DNA from: Fibrobacteria bacterium
GTDB lineage: Bacteria > Fibrobacterota > Fibrobacteria > UBA11236
Direction: 5' to 3'
Assembly: GCA_043750055.1 (NCBI GenBank)
Contig: JAYVCH010000170.1
Location: 1 to 36,547, forward strand
Length of the DNA: 36,547 nt
Positions 34,601 through 36,547 of the stretch are shown here, piece after piece. The notes under the pieces are model-generated. The model made no database searches and was not told where the DNA came from. It saw only the letters and a program-made list of their open reading frames with translations. Each line of letters begins with the position of its first letter. The stretch's first letter is position 1. Made by a program: the position numbers and the translations under genes.

Positions 34601-36547
34601 CCGGCTGCTTGGTTAAATCCATGGTGGCCAAGGCATCATTGCTGTCGAGTCCACCGCTGTTAGTCAAGAGCTGCAGGTTTGGTTTTCCAGTTGTAAAAAT
34701 ATTGTGATCCAAAACTACGGTTGTTTTTCCTTTAAAGCTCGAATCTAACGGCTGCTTAATATTCGAGAAAAAGTTATTCGAGATGGATGCCTTGACCGCG
34801 CCAACGCAAAGAATCCCGATAGTGCTTCCTGAATTAGGAATACCCGCATCATCCACAAAAGTATTGTTAAAAATTTTGATTTCATTAGAAGTGGAATTTG
34901 TGATTTGCACCCCTTTTGTAAATCCCCAAACCACATTGTTGGTCATGCGCATACTTGCGGAACCCACATCGATATTGATTGCCGGGCCCTCTACCCCAAG
35001 GGCTTTATTCTGAGTTCGGAAAACGTTTGCATCTATAAGAGCACCACTGGCTTTAACGGAAATCCCAGCACGCCCAGTACTTCCTCCTGGCAATTCAATC
35101 ACAAATCCTCTGAGGGTTACATTTTTTCGATTGATGGTAATCGCTTCCTTGGTTTTACCCCGAAATACCGGACGGTTGTCCTCGAATTTGCCCAGTATCA
35201 TCTTGTTGGAAATCGTAATTGCCAAGGTATCGGACGGATTTGCAGGAATTACAATATCTTCCATTGCCACAACCGGAGAGGATGGCAAAATAAAAATGAT
35301 TCCACCGCCTTTTACCTCAACTAAGGCTGTGTCGAGGGTACAGAATGGCGATCCCTCACGACCGTCCGCAACTGCACAGCTTGCGGTTATTGCTCGTGGA
35401 AGGACATAAAGGGTGTCTCCAGCGACTGCCTTGAGATTGATAGGCGGATTTGTAGGGGTTGTGGAAGCGCCCAGTTTTGGAGAACCATTCAGTGTCCCAA
35501 CGGGTATGGCATAAAAGCGATAAGACCCTTTTAGTAATCCTGTAAAATCAAACCTGACGGTTCCTGTTGGCCCCGGCGCCGCTAACGACTTACTCGTCTC
35601 CGTTGTGCCATCGGTAGCAACAACCCGAATACTGTCAAGCGCATCCCCAGAGTGACTCACACTAATGGATACTTCACCCATCACATAATTACTCCCTGTT
35701 GAACCATCAGGTACAATAGTCAGAGCCAGGTTACTGCTGGGATAGGACGGAACATCTATCCCTTTAGTGATAGCCGCCGCAGAGAGTACCGCTGCTTGCG
35801 ATGTACTTCGGTAGTGAAGCATTTTGACATAAATTTGCTTACCGCTATTTCGCATTGCAATTGGCACGACAAGCGTTGAATCCCAACCAGAAAAATTCTT
35901 TTTCACAAATGGGCTTTTAATTTTCAAAGTAGCGGAGTCATTGGATACGGTCAGATTGCTGTATAGTGTGTCAAAGAAAAAATACATCACCGAGGGAGCA
36001 AGAGTCTGTTTGTAATAATCAAAAGAAAAGGACATTTTGGTCATTTTTATTTTAGCGCTATCCAAGGCATACTTGGAAAAAGCCAGCCCATCTCCCTGTG
36101 CTCCCTCAATGATAGGATTAGGGGTTTCGATTGTATCAGCGGATACAAAAGCACCCACCTTGACATTTGCTGTCCATGCCAAGCCGGCCTTGAAGGAACC
36201 GAATCCATTTGGAAAATAAAGCTTCGCCGCGGTCAGACCTTCCTTTATATCAGCCATGCCATTCCAATTCCAAGTTGAACCTGTGAACACTTTGAACATT
36301 TTTCCAAAATCCGCATTATTGGCAGCCAAGGTGGGATCAGACCTTAATTCTGTCAGAGGATAGTCTTTGACCTCAGGTGCATTGGGGCCATAATTGGAGA
36401 ATCCTCTTGGCAGAACGGCATTGGAATTGACTCCCGTTGCCAGAGGAAAAGTGACAGCCCCTTCCGTCAAACTATTTGGATTTATTGAATTTTGAGCTAA
36501 GGGCGGGCTTCCCTTGGATGAGGAATATGCATTTTTCAAAATACCAT
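31692..36547 (-). CDS. Large secreted multidomain protein with right-handed parallel beta-helix and C-terminal T9SS/FlgD-Ig-type domain (5' partial)
   Basis: Frame stays open to the window edge (more than 1615 aa). GREGSPFCTLDTAL helix cap, Asn-ladder repeats (ANVF, NNVV, NNTF, NNFF, HNIF), DILGKPR...DVGAYE, WNLYGYP, and C-terminal NYPNPF...WDG...LPAGVY. Confidence 0.8.
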   Translation of the reverse strand, partial: GILKNAYSSSKGSPPLAQNSINPNSLTEGAVTFPLATGVNSNAVLPRGFSNYGPNAPEVKDYPLTELRSDPTLAANNADFGKMFKVFTGSTWNWNGMADIKEGLTAAKLYFPNGFGSFKAGLAWTANVKVGAFVSADTIETPNPIIEGAQGDGLAFSKYALDSAKIKMTKMSFSFDYYKQTLAPSVMYFFFDTLYSNLTVSNDSATLKIKSPFVKKNFSGWDSTLVVPIAMRNSGKQIYVKMLHYRSTSQAAVLSAAAITKGIDVPSYPSSNLALTIVPDGSTGSNYVMGEVSISVSHSGDALDSIRVVATDGTTETSKSLAAPGPTGTVRFDFTGLLKGSYRFYAIPVGTLNGSPKLGASTTPTNPPINLKAVAGDTLYVLPRAITASCAVADGREGSPFCTLDTALVEVKGGGIIFILPSSPVVAMEDIVIPANPSDTLAITISNKMILGKFEDNRPVFRGKTKEAITINRKNVTLRGFVIELPGGSTGRAGISVKASGALIDANVFRTQNKALGVEGPAINIDVGSASMRMTNNVVWGFTKGVQITNSTSNEIKIFNNTFVDDAGIPNSGSTIGILCVGAVKASISNNFFSNIKQPLDSSFKGKTTVVLDHNIFTTGKPNLQLLTNSGGLDSNDALATMDLTKQPGLNKELDDGLGGAFNCSAIRECSSLPAASLTTDVKVNLVSDILGKPRGAKKDVGAYEMVIADATVQGRLKVKTTAVENVFSRFLFEVSTSNYDPAESDTLYVWWVSGALKPTLDGTVPASQLKKFPIKQLESGSINDVADGLNENKLYNLYAAFGRTVGGVRSMGYSYRDTIRTSVNVEPGDCTFQISTSACPSADGVFINSGDPWTGKFLTKVSFSNKVETGSVVKNPQFVTLANPNIYNLNLLSPLPEIIFVINVPSLGVAGSTQSFKATIEMSIPADFLSGKELFLLPEDSSSLPIHVSTWSIEQNGAKTLLTIEGIKGGTLHYAFGRLADAAEPGKVEFSGPTVPTFDYSTAGDSTSHISIAIKGSGFKTANPLVLVSMIPAGGMASGILSGTYPLSTLAVSTNLADLTVDQQKDRYFRYYQKAAGNEVTSTMGAGQNKPFLLDTTVTAGGFDSSIVYKNPNLSINGKGELSEAILSIPINKKYKDGSVGRKASRSIEVEFTIFDGSKVSRSRAFIRSKFKDEHLQSADKKEFKERTWNLYGYPWDEGETGNQSRIVGAKKWDPDELRLMKYNGSGTGKSSFTIYDGGSAAAVKFDSARAIWSGSVRPYDPACESGVSLDYQTFVLPIPAGQWMDISLPFNFSMKMKDILDASGLATSPTIFRFNPSKPPALSWEAIKDTSVLHPWDGLTIKPTSAITLKFPVLDSARSLAAGGPKTAAPNKSNWTARLLAYNSTAAMSLQIGKSSREGVYGEAPDVPGQDFRMVLKRFRPDGSVEGLSEFVQSDEGTWQGHWLLQSLANKGTQSITLKVSDNNQAIPLYLVESLHKTVLPLNGDSIHLSESELKFNDYHVVAGDANYLEGILAGISPANTMSLSNYPNPFSGSTLIRYALPASMGKVVFNLRVTDFRGKTVFEKNIKGFNSLSYLWDGTNGKQSPLPAGVYTLSLETKIAGKSSYKATRRILKM

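Overview
Chromosomal housekeeping region of a diderm bacterium, most likely Fibrobacterota or another FCB-group lineage (inferred from a T9SS/FlgD-type C-terminal domain protein, PASTA-bearing FtsI, meso-DAP-type MurE and a TSP3-OmpA). The core is a compact, translationally coupled division and cell-wall (dcw) operon on the minus strand: mraZ-rsmH-ftsL-ftsI-murE-murF-ftsW-murC-ftsQ-ftsA-ftsZ, followed by hemW. It lacks mraY, murD, murG, murB and ddl. Flanking genes are nnr, hisN, an ApnL (D-apionate lactonase)-like gene next to an MFS transporter, dinB, an OmpA-family protein, a metallophosphoesterase, a vWA membrane protein, nadB, a PpiD-like chaperone, a REC-HD-GYP regulator and a 5'-truncated secreted beta-helix protein of more than 1600 aa. 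I saw no rRNA, tRNA, CRISPR array or mobile element. The most notable unannotated signals are: (i) a 45-aa ORF missed by the ORF track, with its own promoter-like and terminator-like elements, consisting of a signal peptide plus a PVExxxWxxxKxLF tail, directly upstream of the HD-GYP regulator; (ii) a perfect TGCAC-N4-GTGCA palindrome (Fibrobacter-type LexA box) and a 10-bp-periodic MraZ operator array upstream of the dcw operon; (iii) an FtsI that appears to lack most of its pedestal head subdomain. All calls come from reading motifs by eye; no searches were run.
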